64,000 bases of DNA from an uncultured Methanomicrobiales archaeon (GCA_964551875.1 CAZKEV010000004.1:3398-67397), one strand, 5' to 3'. Counted from the stretch's first letter, positions 9,009 through 18,486 are shown. Notes: generated by a model not told the origin, from the sequence alone. Program-made: numbers and translations.

Positions 9009-10877
9009 TCAGTAAGGACTCCTGAACCAGGGGGTGAACACATCCCAGATGCGCTTCATATCGCCTGACAGCCCTCCCGCAGCGGACCGCCGCTGGGTTT
9101 GCTGGATATAATTCAGTTCATTTCCTGGGGTTGTATAGACCGTAGTATTTGTATAGAGGAGTCCCGGGGTCTCCTGGAGCCCTTCATAGTCGTAGACCCG
9201 GGGGCCATACTGGTATCCTGCCTGTTCCAGCCACCAGTCAGGATACCCCGGGGTGATCGTGGTTTCATTTGCGAAATCGTTGACCATCTGGTTACTGTAC
9301 CTGACCACGAGGCTGTCGGCAAAATCCCACCAGGTGTTTACTACAGCGATGCTGTTTGCGGTACTGTATTCGGTCAGGTACTGCCGTGCTGCTGTTTCGC
9401 CGCTGCTGGAGAGGAGATTAAGGGTTTTCATCTCGACCACCCCCTGGCGTTCAATTTCCCCTTGTTCGAACTGCTGTTGTTGGGCCTGGATATCCTGGCT
9501 CATCAGCTGATAATTCATGGTAGCCCAGTTCGTCACAAAGTTAAACGCCCACCATGCCGAATCCCGGTTGAACTGTGACCGGTCCGTGTTATGGAACTGT
9601 TCCGGAACCGATGTCGCCCCGGCATAGAAGGGAATATAGACAGTCTCTGATGGCTGCGCAAATCCGAACCAGACAACACCCCCGACGGGATCCGGCATCC
9701 AGCTCCGGCCCTGGGTGACATAGCTGTATCCGGTGTACATTTCCGAGACGGCCCGTGGCCATGCACCGGGTTTTACCTCCCCGGGAGTCATGAGATCGTG
9801 CCTGTCAAACTCTCCCCGCCAGCGGTACGGGTTCCCGAAGGGGCCGGCGGCCGGGCCGGTGGTCATATCATACACCGTTCCCTCATAGTGATCGCGGAAG
9901 AGTGAAAAGGCAGCCTGGAGACTGATTTTGTTATCGGGTTTTACCGAGAAGGGGTACTCCCGTGAGTAGGTATCGTTCACGAAGGGGCTGAAATGCTGCG
10001 AAGGGGCTATCCGGTTATACAGGCTCCAGACCCGGGCAAGCGAATAGTACGGGTGTGAGTATTCCCCGCGGCTCACGGTTTCCAGCCAGTCGAGGGCACC
10101 CTGGGATGGGTCCCACCAGCCGTTCGCCCGTGCAACGGCGAAGAGATTCTTCGAGTACAGCATATCAGGGTTGTCCGGATCCACGTCCCGTATCCTGAAG
10201 TTGTTTGCGGCCACAAAGACCTCGCCGTCAGGCACCTTCTGTGCGACCCACAGGCCCCCGCTGCCGTCGGGAGTGCCGCCAGCCATCTCGATGACCCATG
10301 CCTCGTTGGGATCAGCGAGGGGGAGGGTTTCACCCATGCCGTAGTAGCCGTATTCATCGATGAGGCTCCCTATCAGCAGCACCGCCTCGCGGGCAGTGGT
10401 GGTTCGTTCGGCAGCGATGTTCGAGAGATCGGTGCTGTAGAGTATCCGCCTGGTTCGATCAAACTCCGGCTGCACCCTCGTGAATGCTGTGCTCTCACCA
10501 AACATCAGCTGGTGTTCGTTCATGATGCCATACGCGCTGGTGTAATACCCGTACGTGTGGTTCACCTCGGGGATAACCGCGACCTCGCTGCTCCCTCCCG
10601 TCTTCCCATGGGTTGGCTCCTCGGTTCCCGAGACCGGATTGTACCGCACGACACGCAGGGATCCGGGTGGGTGATCAGCCGCAGGCACGTAGATGAACTG
10701 ATTCAGCTCATCCTCAACCTTATTCCCTACCACCCCCGGGCCAAATCCGTCACTCGTATGGCCGACGAACACAGATCCATCTGCTGATGCCCCCTTTGTC
10801 ACGATGAAGGTCGTGCAGCCGAGGACCGGCTGGCACAGCATCAGCAGCACCATACACCACACCACCCATGTTCTCAT
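9009..10877 (-). CDS. secreted C69-family dipeptidase
   Basis: A signal-like N-terminus is followed by GCTTFIVTKGASADGS (N-terminal nucleophile Cys motif of peptidase C69). 622 aa. Confidence 0.75.
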   Translation of the reverse strand: MRTWVVWCMVLLMLCQPVLGCTTFIVTKGASADGSVFVGHTSDGFGPGVVGNKVEDELNQFIYVPAADHPPGSLRVVRYNPVSGTEEPTHGKTGGSSEVAVIPEVNHTYGYYTSAYGIMNEHQLMFGESTAFTRVQPEFDRTRRILYSTDLSNIAAERTTTAREAVLLIGSLIDEYGYYGMGETLPLADPNEAWVIEMAGGTPDGSGGLWVAQKVPDGEVFVAANNFRIRDVDPDNPDMLYSKNLFAVARANGWWDPSQGALDWLETVSRGEYSHPYYSLARVWSLYNRIAPSQHFSPFVNDTYSREYPFSVKPDNKISLQAAFSLFRDHYEGTVYDMTTGPAAGPFGNPYRWRGEFDRHDLMTPGEVKPGAWPRAVSEMYTGYSYVTQGRSWMPDPVGGVVWFGFAQPSETVYIPFYAGATSVPEQFHNTDRSQFNRDSAWWAFNFVTNWATMNYQLMSQDIQAQQQQFEQGEIERQGVVEMKTLNLLSSSGETAARQYLTEYSTANSIAVVNTWWDFADSLVVRYSNQMVNDFANETTITPGYPDWWLEQAGYQYGPRVYDYEGLQETPGLLYTNTTVYTTPGNELNYIQQTQRRSAAGGLSGDMKRIWDVFTPWFRSPY

Positions 10878-11053
10878 ATGTGGCGGAATAGTGCCACATC
10901 GTATAAAATGCCATTCATATCCTGGACATGGTCACCCGGTACATCTTCTTCAGCCGAAAACCGGGGACCAGGGGCATCCGGGCTGTTGCCCGCAACAGTT
11001 TCGGTGAACCTGTCGCGGCGAGGCTGCATGGCTGCCGTGAGGTGGCGGAGATC

Positions 11054-11061
11054 TTTATATA
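11054..11061 (+). promoter_or_regulatory. candidate archaeal TATA box (TTTATATA) for a leaderless relB-like/relE transcript
   Basis: TTTATATA is centred about 25 nt upstream of the ATG at 11083. Confidence 0.3.
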
Positions 11062-11082
11062 TCCACACGTGTAGACATATGT

Positions 11083-11316
11083 ATGCACACATCTTCATTG
11101 CGGGTGAGCCCTGATACCAAGAGCCGACTGGACCGGCTGAAGGCACACCCGCGTGAATCCTATGACCGGGTCATCGACCGGCTCATCGATTCCTACCATG
11201 ACGAGGAGCCCCTCAGCGATGAGGAGATCGAGGGGATTGAGGAGGCCCTGCGCGAGCTGAAGGAGGGCAGGTTCTACACTCACGAACAGGTGAAGAAGAA
11301 ACTCGGGCTTTCCTGA
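11083..11316 (+). CDS. type II antitoxin (RelB/ribbon-helix-helix-like)
   Basis: 77-aa acidic protein 1 nt upstream of a RelE-family gene. The N-terminal VSPDTKSRLDRLK is a beta-strand/helix-like segment. Confidence 0.6.
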   Translation: MHTSSLRVSPDTKSRLDRLKAHPRESYDRVIDRLIDSYHDEEPLSDEEIEGIEEALRELKEGRFYTHEQVKKKLGLS

Positions 11317-11317
11317 A

Positions 11318-11581
11318 ATGCCCTTCACCCTCCTTTATGCTCCCCGGGCCCTGAAGGACCTGGAGAAGCTCCCGAAGAGAGCGGCCGAGAGGATCCTCAG
11401 CGCCCTCAAGCGCCTGGCAGAAACGGATGAACCCGAACGTTCGGTGAAGCGCCTCCGGAACTCCCCGCTCTATTCCCTCCGCGTGGGTTCCTATCGTGTT
11501 ATCCTCGATATCCGTAGAGAGAAGATTGTCATCTTCGTACTCCGTGCCGGTCCCAGGAAGAGCATATACCATGACCTATAA
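11318..11581 (+). CDS. relE: type II toxin, RelE/ParE family mRNA interferase
   Basis: 87 aa with LPKRAAERILSALKRL....YSLRVGSYRVILDIRREKIVIFVLRAGPRKSIY, typical RelE/StbE architecture. Confidence 0.75.
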   Translation: MPFTLLYAPRALKDLEKLPKRAAERILSALKRLAETDEPERSVKRLRNSPLYSLRVGSYRVILDIRREKIVIFVLRAGPRKSIYHDL

Positions 11582-12419
11582 AGAGAATAAGACCCGTTCC
11601 CGGGTAAAAGCCATCATCTTCGACATGGACAACACCCTCTTCGACTTCGTCGCGGCGAAGCAGCATGCCTGCCGGGAGGTTGCGAAGTTCCTCGGGCGGG
11701 ATGACTGGGAGGCGCTCTTCTCCTGCTTCCTCAACTCGCCCCACGGCTTCGAGAGCCACGAGAACATCAAAGACTATTTTGATCTTTGTGGTCTTCTCGA
11801 ACAATGTTCCACCCGGAAGAACCCGGACGCACGCGGTGAAGGGCAGAACAATCTCCCTAGCGGCTGCTCCCGCTCCCGCGAAGAATGTTCCACCCAGCCT
11901 TCCCACCAGGAAGTCCGGTCTGAAGGGTGGACTAATCTCCTCGCCGACCGGTCCCTCTACTGCAACGAGGTCTTCTCCCGCTGCTGCACCATCTACGAGG
12001 CCGAGAAGGTCCGGGTACTTTCGCCCTACCCCGGCGTCCCCGAGACCCTCGCAGAACTCAAGCGGCGGGGCTTTCCCCTGGCCGTCCTCACCGACGCCCA
12101 CAACGGGAACGCCCTCGCCCGGCTCAGGAAGGTTGACCTCGCCCGGTTTTTTGATTTTATTATCTCTTTCGATATGACGGGGTGCAAGAAACCGGCGCCG
12201 GATGCGTTTTTGCTGGCGCTGAAGAAATTGGGGACTTTGCCGTCGGAGACCTTACTTGTTGGGGATAGCCTCCGAAGGGACATAGCCCCCGCCCAAGCCT
12301 TAGGGATGATTACGGCGTATGCGAAATATGGGGACCGGAATGTCCCCGCAACAACCCCCACACCCTGCAAGCCGGATTATGTGCTCTGCGATATCGGGGA
12401 GCTGGTGGGGTTGTTGTAG
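11571..12419 (+). CDS. HAD-superfamily hydrolase (subfamily IA-like), full-length copy
   Basis: IIFDMDNTLFDF (DxDxT), VLTDA, KKPAPDAF, VGDSLRRDI motifs. The start at ATG 11571 overlaps the relE stop by 11 nt. Confidence 0.8.
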   Translation: MTYKENKTRSRVKAIIFDMDNTLFDFVAAKQHACREVAKFLGRDDWEALFSCFLNSPHGFESHENIKDYFDLCGLLEQCSTRKNPDARGEGQNNLPSGCSRSREECSTQPSHQEVRSEGWTNLLADRSLYCNEVFSRCCTIYEAEKVRVLSPYPGVPETLAELKRRGFPLAVLTDAHNGNALARLRKVDLARFFDFIISFDMTGCKKPAPDAFLLALKKLGTLPSETLLVGDSLRRDIAPAQALGMITAYAKYGDRNVPATTPTPCKPDYVLCDIGELVGLL

Positions 12420-12744
12420 TGTCACATGTTCGGATGGAAAACGCATACGAAGGGGTGATCACGGCCGTACATGCCTTCTCATGGAATAAGCCCCCGGGGG
12501 TGGCAGAGATCGAGGATCAGGCATGGTGGCGGACCTTCTTATTCCCGGTCCTCTGTGCGCTTGTCTTTTCTATCACGAGCACGCTGGCGGATTTTCAGAG
12601 GGTCCACCGTATACTCACATTGATCGGGCATCTCATTACAGAGCTCATCAGGGTGAGCATGTCGATTCAAATTACCGTTATTTTTAAAAACTGGGTAGAT
12701 TTAAATACCGACCCAGAACTATCACAACTATAACTGATCATCGG

Positions 12745-13716
12745 ATGCGGGGTTGGATGAGACAACGTGGAATATTGTTCGTTTTTATCAATGGAATCCT
12801 CTTCTCTCTGATATTGTCGGGACCTGTTACGGGGGCCGGGCCTGCTTCTCCTGGTGTCTTATTGCCGGTCTGTTCAAACCTTCATAACATCACGATCACT
12901 CATTATGATGAAAATACTCCGTCTGCCGGTTCCGGGGACGGAACGGTTATCCCTGCATGGATCTCCGGAACGTCAGGTTCGTTCCAGCTGGAAGCCAAAA
13001 ACGGCATACCCCCGTATCACTGGGCAGTCAAACCGGGATCACAATTGCCGGGACAACAATACGAGATGGGATTTCACCTTTCAGAGAGTGGTGTGATCTC
13101 GGGAACTGCTCCAATGCTATCGCCGTCAGAAACGGTGAGAATCTCTCCGTCATTTACCGTAATGGTATGGGATTCGGATACACCCCCCGCATGCGATGAA
13201 GAGACGCTCTCGATCACCTTTGAACAACCACCTACCCCCTCACCCACAGGGGCACCGCCATCTCCACCAACAACGGTATCGACGGCAGCAACAATTTCCC
13301 CACCTGCCCAAAAACCAGCAACACCGGCATTATCTCCAACGCCTCAAACCACGACTATCACAACAACGGTGATAGAGAACCAGTCCTCCGTCACCCCCGG
13401 TTTTTTCGATGGGATAGCATCATTCTTCACGAACCTGTTCTCCGGAATGTTCAGGAACGCGAATGACCCAATCATAGGTACATGGCAGATAATTCCGACG
13501 AATCTGACAATGCGCTTTGATGCAAATGGCACGGCAATTCTCCAGGATTCAGTGACGGGTTACTCTGCGGTTGGACGGTGGGAGAATATTGCAGAAGACC
13601 AGTACCGGCTCTATTCCAGTAACGGAACCCAGAGCCCGGTTCTCTTGTATGATCCCATCGGGGACGCGTTGTTTACCGAGGATTTCTCCATGGTATTTAT
13701 CAAAGAGGCGAGATGA
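12745..13716 (+). CDS. secreted protein with Ig-like (He_PIG/cadherin-like) domain and Thr/Pro-rich linker
   Basis: Signal/TM segment, GIPPYHWAV....GVISGTAP motif of putative-Ig domains, and a PTPSPTGAPPSPPTT...TTTITTT linker. Confidence 0.55.
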   Translation: MRGWMRQRGILFVFINGILFSLILSGPVTGAGPASPGVLLPVCSNLHNITITHYDENTPSAGSGDGTVIPAWISGTSGSFQLEAKNGIPPYHWAVKPGSQLPGQQYEMGFHLSESGVISGTAPMLSPSETVRISPSFTVMVWDSDTPPACDEETLSITFEQPPTPSPTGAPPSPPTTVSTAATISPPAQKPATPALSPTPQTTTITTTVIENQSSVTPGFFDGIASFFTNLFSGMFRNANDPIIGTWQIIPTNLTMRFDANGTAILQDSVTGYSAVGRWENIAEDQYRLYSSNGTQSPVLLYDPIGDALFTEDFSMVFIKEAR

Positions 13717-13719
13717 GCA

Positions 13720-14901
13720 ATGGGGAAAAATAAGGTAACTGTTCCCTGTGCAATTGTCTGCAGACTGGTAATTCTCATGCTCTTAACTGCCTGCGTAGCG
13801 TTTCTGGTTCCTGTGGTACATGCTGAAGAGAACTATAATTCTTTTTTTGAGGGCTGGAAATGGACACAGACCGATGACATGGTTCGTCTCCCCTTCCTTG
13901 GCGACCTCATCCCCCTTCCTTCCAGTTATGCCGGGAATCCACGAGGTTCCTATGACGGCCCTTGTCCTATTGGTATGAAAGGAGCGCCAGAATTGCGTAA
14001 CACGAGTTTACAATCCGGTGCTTTATGCCGCGGAGCCTGTGGAAGCGATTGTCCGTCAGACCGGTGCAGTAAGGTTCCCAATGTGATCATCGAGATGGAT
14101 GACGGAACCTGCACCTATAGAAATGTAATCGAATGCAAGGCTGCTCAGGGCTGCGTAGACCATGATGCGTGTTATGATTATTGTTCGGAAGCCCTGGCAA
14201 ATTCCATGCTATCCTTCCTCACTTCTGAACGTTTTCACGATCTCTGTCAGATCAGGTGCGATTGGAAATGTTTCAGGGCGTACGATCCGGGAACCTGCGT
14301 TAAATGGGCAGATTTCCCCGGAAAAGTGACAACATTGGGGGGTGGAATAGTAGACTTCATCTTCCCTCCCAGGTACGAGTTCTCTCTTTTTCTCTCTGAT
14401 CCTCCTGAATTCATAAAAAGGGAGACCACACCAACGATCACTCAACCCCCGCCAACACTGACTCGACCGACCAGTACAACGGTACCTCCCACGGTGCCGC
14501 CGACCGGGACCTTCGACGTGAAGATCAACTCTTTGGCTTGTTCCTGGACTGTCAAGACAGGCGACTACGGCGTCAAGAGTGATTGCGTCAGGATAGTTTC
14601 CAAGGGCACAGCGAGAGGGCCTATCGGGGGGAGACTGGAACTTCCTATCCTTGCCTGGTCCACTGACAAGTTCACCTGCGGCGCATGGACCCTCAGGACC
14701 GGGGCGCGTATAGCCGTGGGCAGCACCTGTGTCAGGGAGGCGGGCCAGCCCGAATCAACGACCTGGACGGTGGATACAGAAGGCGATGAGTGTCCCTTGA
14801 GGAATTATTTCATTACCGAGATAACCCACACGGTGAAGATCTACAACGATGATGAACTGACCCCCCAGAAGGAAGACAGCGAGAGGGCTGTATGCCAGTG
14901 A
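13720..14901 (+). CDS. secreted Cys-rich protein with phospholipase-A2-like CxxHDxCY motif and Thr/Pro linker
   Basis: N-terminal TM/signal segment. LCRGACGSDCPSDRC and GCVDHDACYDYC motifs. TPTITQPPPTLTRPTSTTVPPTVPPT linker. C-terminal beta-rich domain. Confidence 0.5.
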   Translation: MGKNKVTVPCAIVCRLVILMLLTACVAFLVPVVHAEENYNSFFEGWKWTQTDDMVRLPFLGDLIPLPSSYAGNPRGSYDGPCPIGMKGAPELRNTSLQSGALCRGACGSDCPSDRCSKVPNVIIEMDDGTCTYRNVIECKAAQGCVDHDACYDYCSEALANSMLSFLTSERFHDLCQIRCDWKCFRAYDPGTCVKWADFPGKVTTLGGGIVDFIFPPRYEFSLFLSDPPEFIKRETTPTITQPPPTLTRPTSTTVPPTVPPTGTFDVKINSLACSWTVKTGDYGVKSDCVRIVSKGTARGPIGGRLELPILAWSTDKFTCGAWTLRTGARIAVGSTCVREAGQPESTTWTVDTEGDECPLRNYFITEITHTVKIYNDDELTPQKEDSERAVCQ

Positions 14902-14933
14902 GCCGTTTGAAAGTTACCTGATTACCAATTCAC

Positions 14934-15293
14934 TGGCGGCGGGGCTTTCCCCTGGCAATCGTTACCGTTGCTTACAATGGGAACGCCATTGCCCGGCTCA
15001 GGAAGGTGGGCCTCGACGGATACTTTGATTATATTATTTCTTTCGATACGACGGGCTGCAAGAAACCGGCGCCGGATGCGTTCCTGCTGGCGTTGAAGAA
15101 ATTGAATACTTTGCCGTCCGAGACCCTCCTCGTCGGCGACAGCCTCCGCCGCGACATCGCACCGGCACAGGCTATAGGTATGATCACGGCATACGCGAAG
15201 TACGGGGACCGGAATGTCCGGACCGGTAATCCTCCGAACTGCCGGCCGGATTATGTGCTGGTGACCATTGAGGAGCTGGTGGGGTTGGTGTAG
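14934..15293 (+). pseudogene. HAD hydrolase 3'-end fragment (copy B)
   Basis: Encodes RRGFPLAIVTVAYNGNAIARLRKVGLDGYFDYIISFDTTGCKKPAPDAFLLALKKL...ELVGLV*. This is collinear with residues encoded by 12062..12419 of the full gene. No 5' half is present. Confidence 0.8.
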
Positions 15294-15554
15294 GGATGAT
15301 CCCTCTCCTCCGGTCGATGAATTCCCTAATCACGATTAGTACTAATCAGGATTAGGATCTTCATCGTAGATCGCCAGCCTGTAGACAGCATTGGGATTGT
15401 GGATCTGCCCAGGAGACTTGTCCCGGCGATCTCGGGAAAGGGTTCCGGGGTGAAGCAATAGGAGTCAGCAAACCAGAGAACAGGCTGCTGAGAAGGAAAG
15501 TGCCGGAACAATCCTTTATCCCATTCCCTGCTCATATTTTCCCTGGAGCAGGTC

Positions 15555-15875
15555 ATGCCCCAACCGCATCCCTATCCCGAGGCCGTCGCTTCCTTCGTAG
15601 CCCGGGCGAAAGCCCGGTATAAAAGGCACATCGACCAGGTCTTTCTCTTCGGTTCTGTTGCCCGGAAGGAGGCCCGGAAGGATTCGGATATCGATCTCCT
15701 CGTCCTGTGGAAGGGCGACCTTGACGAGGGATGGCGGGCGATGGCCGGGATCGCCTTTGACATCCTGCTGGAGACCGGTACCTACATCTCCGTCAAGGTA
15801 ATGCGTTCCGGCGGTCTCACGGGGAAGACCGCCTTCGAGCGGAACGTCATGGCAGAAGGGATGACCGTTGCATGA
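15555..15875 (+). CDS. minimal nucleotidyltransferase (MNT) antitoxin-type protein
   Basis: LFGSVARKEARKDSDIDLLV (GSx10-11 DxD NTase motif). Overlaps the downstream HEPN gene by 8 nt. Confidence 0.8.
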   Translation: MPQPHPYPEAVASFVARAKARYKRHIDQVFLFGSVARKEARKDSDIDLLVLWKGDLDEGWRAMAGIAFDILLETGTYISVKVMRSGGLTGKTAFERNVMAEGMTVA

Positions 15876-16257
15876 ATATTCCCTTCGACCTGCCTATGAA
15901 ACCCTGAAGGCTGCATCGTACCTTCTGGAGGGAGGATACTCCAACGATGCGGTGAGCAGGGCATACTACGCCATGTTCTACGCAGCCCGTGCCCTTCTTG
16001 CGTCACGCGACATGTACCCGAAGGGGCACAAGGGCCTGATCATCCAGTTCGGGCTGGAATGCGTGAAGAAGGGCCTTATCGAGGAGTCCTACGGGCGGAG
16101 CCTGGCCCACGCGAAGGACCGCAGGGAGTTCTTCGACTACAGCGCAGACACCCAGGTTGCCCCTGAAGAGGCAGCCCGGATGGTGGAGGACGCCCGCGCC
16201 TTTGTCGACCGCATCAGGAAGGCTTTCGCAGACCTGGGTATCGATCCGGAGATCTGA
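15868..16257 (+). CDS. HEPN domain protein (toxin-type partner of MNT)
   Basis: Helical 129-aa protein with AVSRAYYAMFYAARALL and RREFFDY motif, paired with the NTase. Confidence 0.75.
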   Translation: MHEYSLRPAYETLKAASYLLEGGYSNDAVSRAYYAMFYAARALLASRDMYPKGHKGLIIQFGLECVKKGLIEESYGRSLAHAKDRREFFDYSADTQVAPEEAARMVEDARAFVDRIRKAFADLGIDPEI

Positions 16258-16633
16258 AGGGATGGAATGCCGTCCTTCCTGCTGGGGAGATTCTCTCCCT
16301 CCTTCCTTGAGGATATCTGGATGGCTGATTATCAGACGCCGGAGATGAGCATCGGACCAACTTACTGTATCATTTTCACGTGAAACAGTAGTCGGGACCT
16401 CGATAGTTCCGGATCGGAAACAAAATGTTTCCGGATCAGCGGCCATTCCCAACCATGGCGGCGGCAGGTCCCCCGCGAGGGGAGCCGTATCCGCGAGAAA
16501 CTCTATCTCCTCAAGAACGCAGGATTTTCTTCGGAAGATAGAGTACTCCGACTTTGAGCTGTACGATACAGGCTCAGTGTAAGGTTATCCTGCATTGCCT
16601 CAGGAGCGATAGGGCTGATGTAAGGTGATCACA

Positions 16634-16764
16634 GGTTGACTTAGGATGGCAACGGGATCGATAAGGTTATGCGATGTTGACCTGGAGAAAGAGGCTGGTT
16701 TTGATGGTACTCCTGGTTGACTTAGGGGCCGATGCTCTATATAAGTGAACTTTTGTTGACTTAC
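16634..16764 (+). promoter_or_regulatory. four GTTGAC(T/C) direct repeats spaced ~39-42 nt upstream of the Fic gene, with TATA-like CTATATAAG at ~16736
   Basis: GGTTGACTTAGG at 16634 and 16715, GATGTTGACC at 16673, TTGTTGACTTA at 16753. Confidence 0.45.
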
Positions 16765-16802
16765 AAGACAATTTATCATGTTAAAGGCTGGAAATAGTAC
16801 GT

Positions 16803-17960
16803 ATGGATTCGTACTCTGAGAACAGAGCGGGTGTTTTTGTTCATCAGGACGGGGGATATGACACATTTGTCCCGCACCCGTTGCCTCCAAAAGGCCTGGA
16901 TCTTGACGAAGGCCTTTTATTCCTGCTTTCAAAGGCTGATAGTGCACTGGCACGTTTGGATGGTGTCACCCAGGTCCTCCCGAACCCTGACCTGTTCGTC
17001 GCGATGTACGTGAAGAAAGAGGCACTCCTAAGTTCCCAGATCGAGGGTACACAGGCCTCGCTCCAGGGTGTCCTGGAATTCGAAGCCCATATGAAACCGA
17101 AAGATGATATCAACGAGATACGGGAAGTCCTGAATTACATCAAGGCCCTGCATCACGGCATCGAGAAGCTGGAATTTTCAGATGTATCTCTCGATCTGAT
17201 CCACGAGATCCACAGGTTCCTGATCAAGGGAACCAGGGGGACGCACAGGCTCCCCGGTCAGCTCCGGAGGGTACAGAACTGGATAGGCCTTCACGGAGGC
17301 ACGATCCATGATGCTGTATTCATTCCCCCGCCACCGGAGAAAGTCCCGGAGTTGATGGGAGACCTGGTACAGTTCATCCAGGCCGGGGACAAAACCCCGA
17401 CCCTCGTCAAGGCCGCACTCATCCATGCCCAGTTCGAGACGATCCATCCTTACCTGGATGGAAACGGGAGAATGGGAAGATTACTGGTAACCTTTTACCT
17501 CTGTAGAGAAGGCGTATTATCGAGACCCCTCTTATACCTGAGTTATTACCTGAAGAAGAACCGCGAGAGGTACTATTCACTCCTCAACGAGGTACGGCAC
17601 CAGGGAAACTGGGAGGCCTGGCTGGAGTTCTTCTTCCAGGGGGTCATCGAGGTCTCCGGCAACTCGATCGAGACGGCAAAGCGGATCATCCGGCTGAAGG
17701 GCGAGTTGATCGAGAAGCTCCTGGAGAGCAATATCAGCGGCGTTCACGCAGTCAAACTGGTGGACGACCTGTTTATTCATCCGGTCATGACCATTGCACA
17801 GGCTGCCGATGCCCTGAGGATCAGCCGCCAGGCGGCCACAAAACTGGTGGGAAAATTCGAGAGAATCGGCATCTTAAAGGAGATCACCGGAAAGGAGCGG
17901 TATAAAAGGTATATCTTTATCGACTATGTGAAGATCATCGAAGAAGGTACACGGACCTGA
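16803..17960 (+). CDS. Fic family protein (AMPylase-type) with C-terminal wHTH-like region
   Basis: HPYLDGNGRMGRLL matches the Fic motif HxFx(D/E)GNGRxxR. 385 aa. Confidence 0.85.
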   Translation: MDSYSENRAGVFVHQDGGYDTFVPHPLPPKGLDLDEGLLFLLSKADSALARLDGVTQVLPNPDLFVAMYVKKEALLSSQIEGTQASLQGVLEFEAHMKPKDDINEIREVLNYIKALHHGIEKLEFSDVSLDLIHEIHRFLIKGTRGTHRLPGQLRRVQNWIGLHGGTIHDAVFIPPPPEKVPELMGDLVQFIQAGDKTPTLVKAALIHAQFETIHPYLDGNGRMGRLLVTFYLCREGVLSRPLLYLSYYLKKNRERYYSLLNEVRHQGNWEAWLEFFFQGVIEVSGNSIETAKRIIRLKGELIEKLLESNISGVHAVKLVDDLFIHPVMTIAQAADALRISRQAATKLVGKFERIGILKEITGKERYKRYIFIDYVKIIEEGTRT

Positions 17961-18074
17961 TGAATTCCAGCCGGGCACAAGCCCGTCTTCCCGGATAAAA
18001 AGACCGAAAAAGAACTTCACAGAAGAGTTCCCCTACCCCCTTATCCCCGAGACCCACCTTTCCGTTTCTCCCCA

Positions 18075-18486
18075 CAGCAGGGTCCTTGAGCCCTACCCCG
18101 GCCTCCGCGAGACCCTCGCGGAACTCAAACGGCGGGGCTTTCCCCTGGCTGTCCTCACCGATGCGCACAACGGGAACGCCCTCGCCCGGCTCAGGAAGGT
18201 GGACCTCGTCCACTTCTTTGATTTTATTATTTCTTTCGATATGACGGGCTGCAAGAAGCCTGCCCCGGATGCATTTTTATTAGCTTTAAGAAAATTGCAG
18301 ACTTTGCCTTCGGAGACGTTACTTGTTGGTGATAGCCTCCGACGTGACATTGCTCCGGCTCAGAAATTGGGGATGATTACAGCGTATGCGGCTTATGGGG
18401 ACAGGAATATCCGAACCCCGGACCACCCACAATGCAGGCCGGATTTTGTGCTGACGACCATTGAGGAGCTGGTAGGGTTGGTGTGA
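18075..18486 (+). pseudogene. HAD hydrolase 3'-end fragment (copy C)
   Basis: Encodes ..PYPGLRETLAELKRRGFPLAVLTDAHNGNALARLRKVDLVHFFDFIISFDMTGCKKPAPDAFLLALRKL...ELVGLV*, collinear with ~12008..12419. No 5' half is present. Confidence 0.8.

Larger units (their letters stand above)
12420..14933. mobile_element. inferred integrated cassette E1, bracketed by HAD 3'-end copies A and B
   Basis: Lies between the stop of the full HAD gene and a second copy of the last ~360 nt of that gene. Lower GC than the core. Cargo is two secreted proteins. Confidence 0.4.
15294..18074. mobile_element. inferred integrated cassette E2, bracketed by HAD 3'-end copies B and C
   Basis: Lies between two HAD 3' fragments. 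Cargo is an MNT/HEPN pair plus a Fic protein. Confidence 0.4.

Noticed and set aside
12419-12733. 104-aa ORF immediately after the HAD stop
   Set aside because: It has no motifs and odd composition, and it lies at a cassette junction. It may be real but is unsupported.
15326-15556. 76-aa minus-strand ORF upstream of the MNT gene
   Set aside because: It has no motifs, lies in the promoter region of the divergent MNT/HEPN pair, and is likely spurious.
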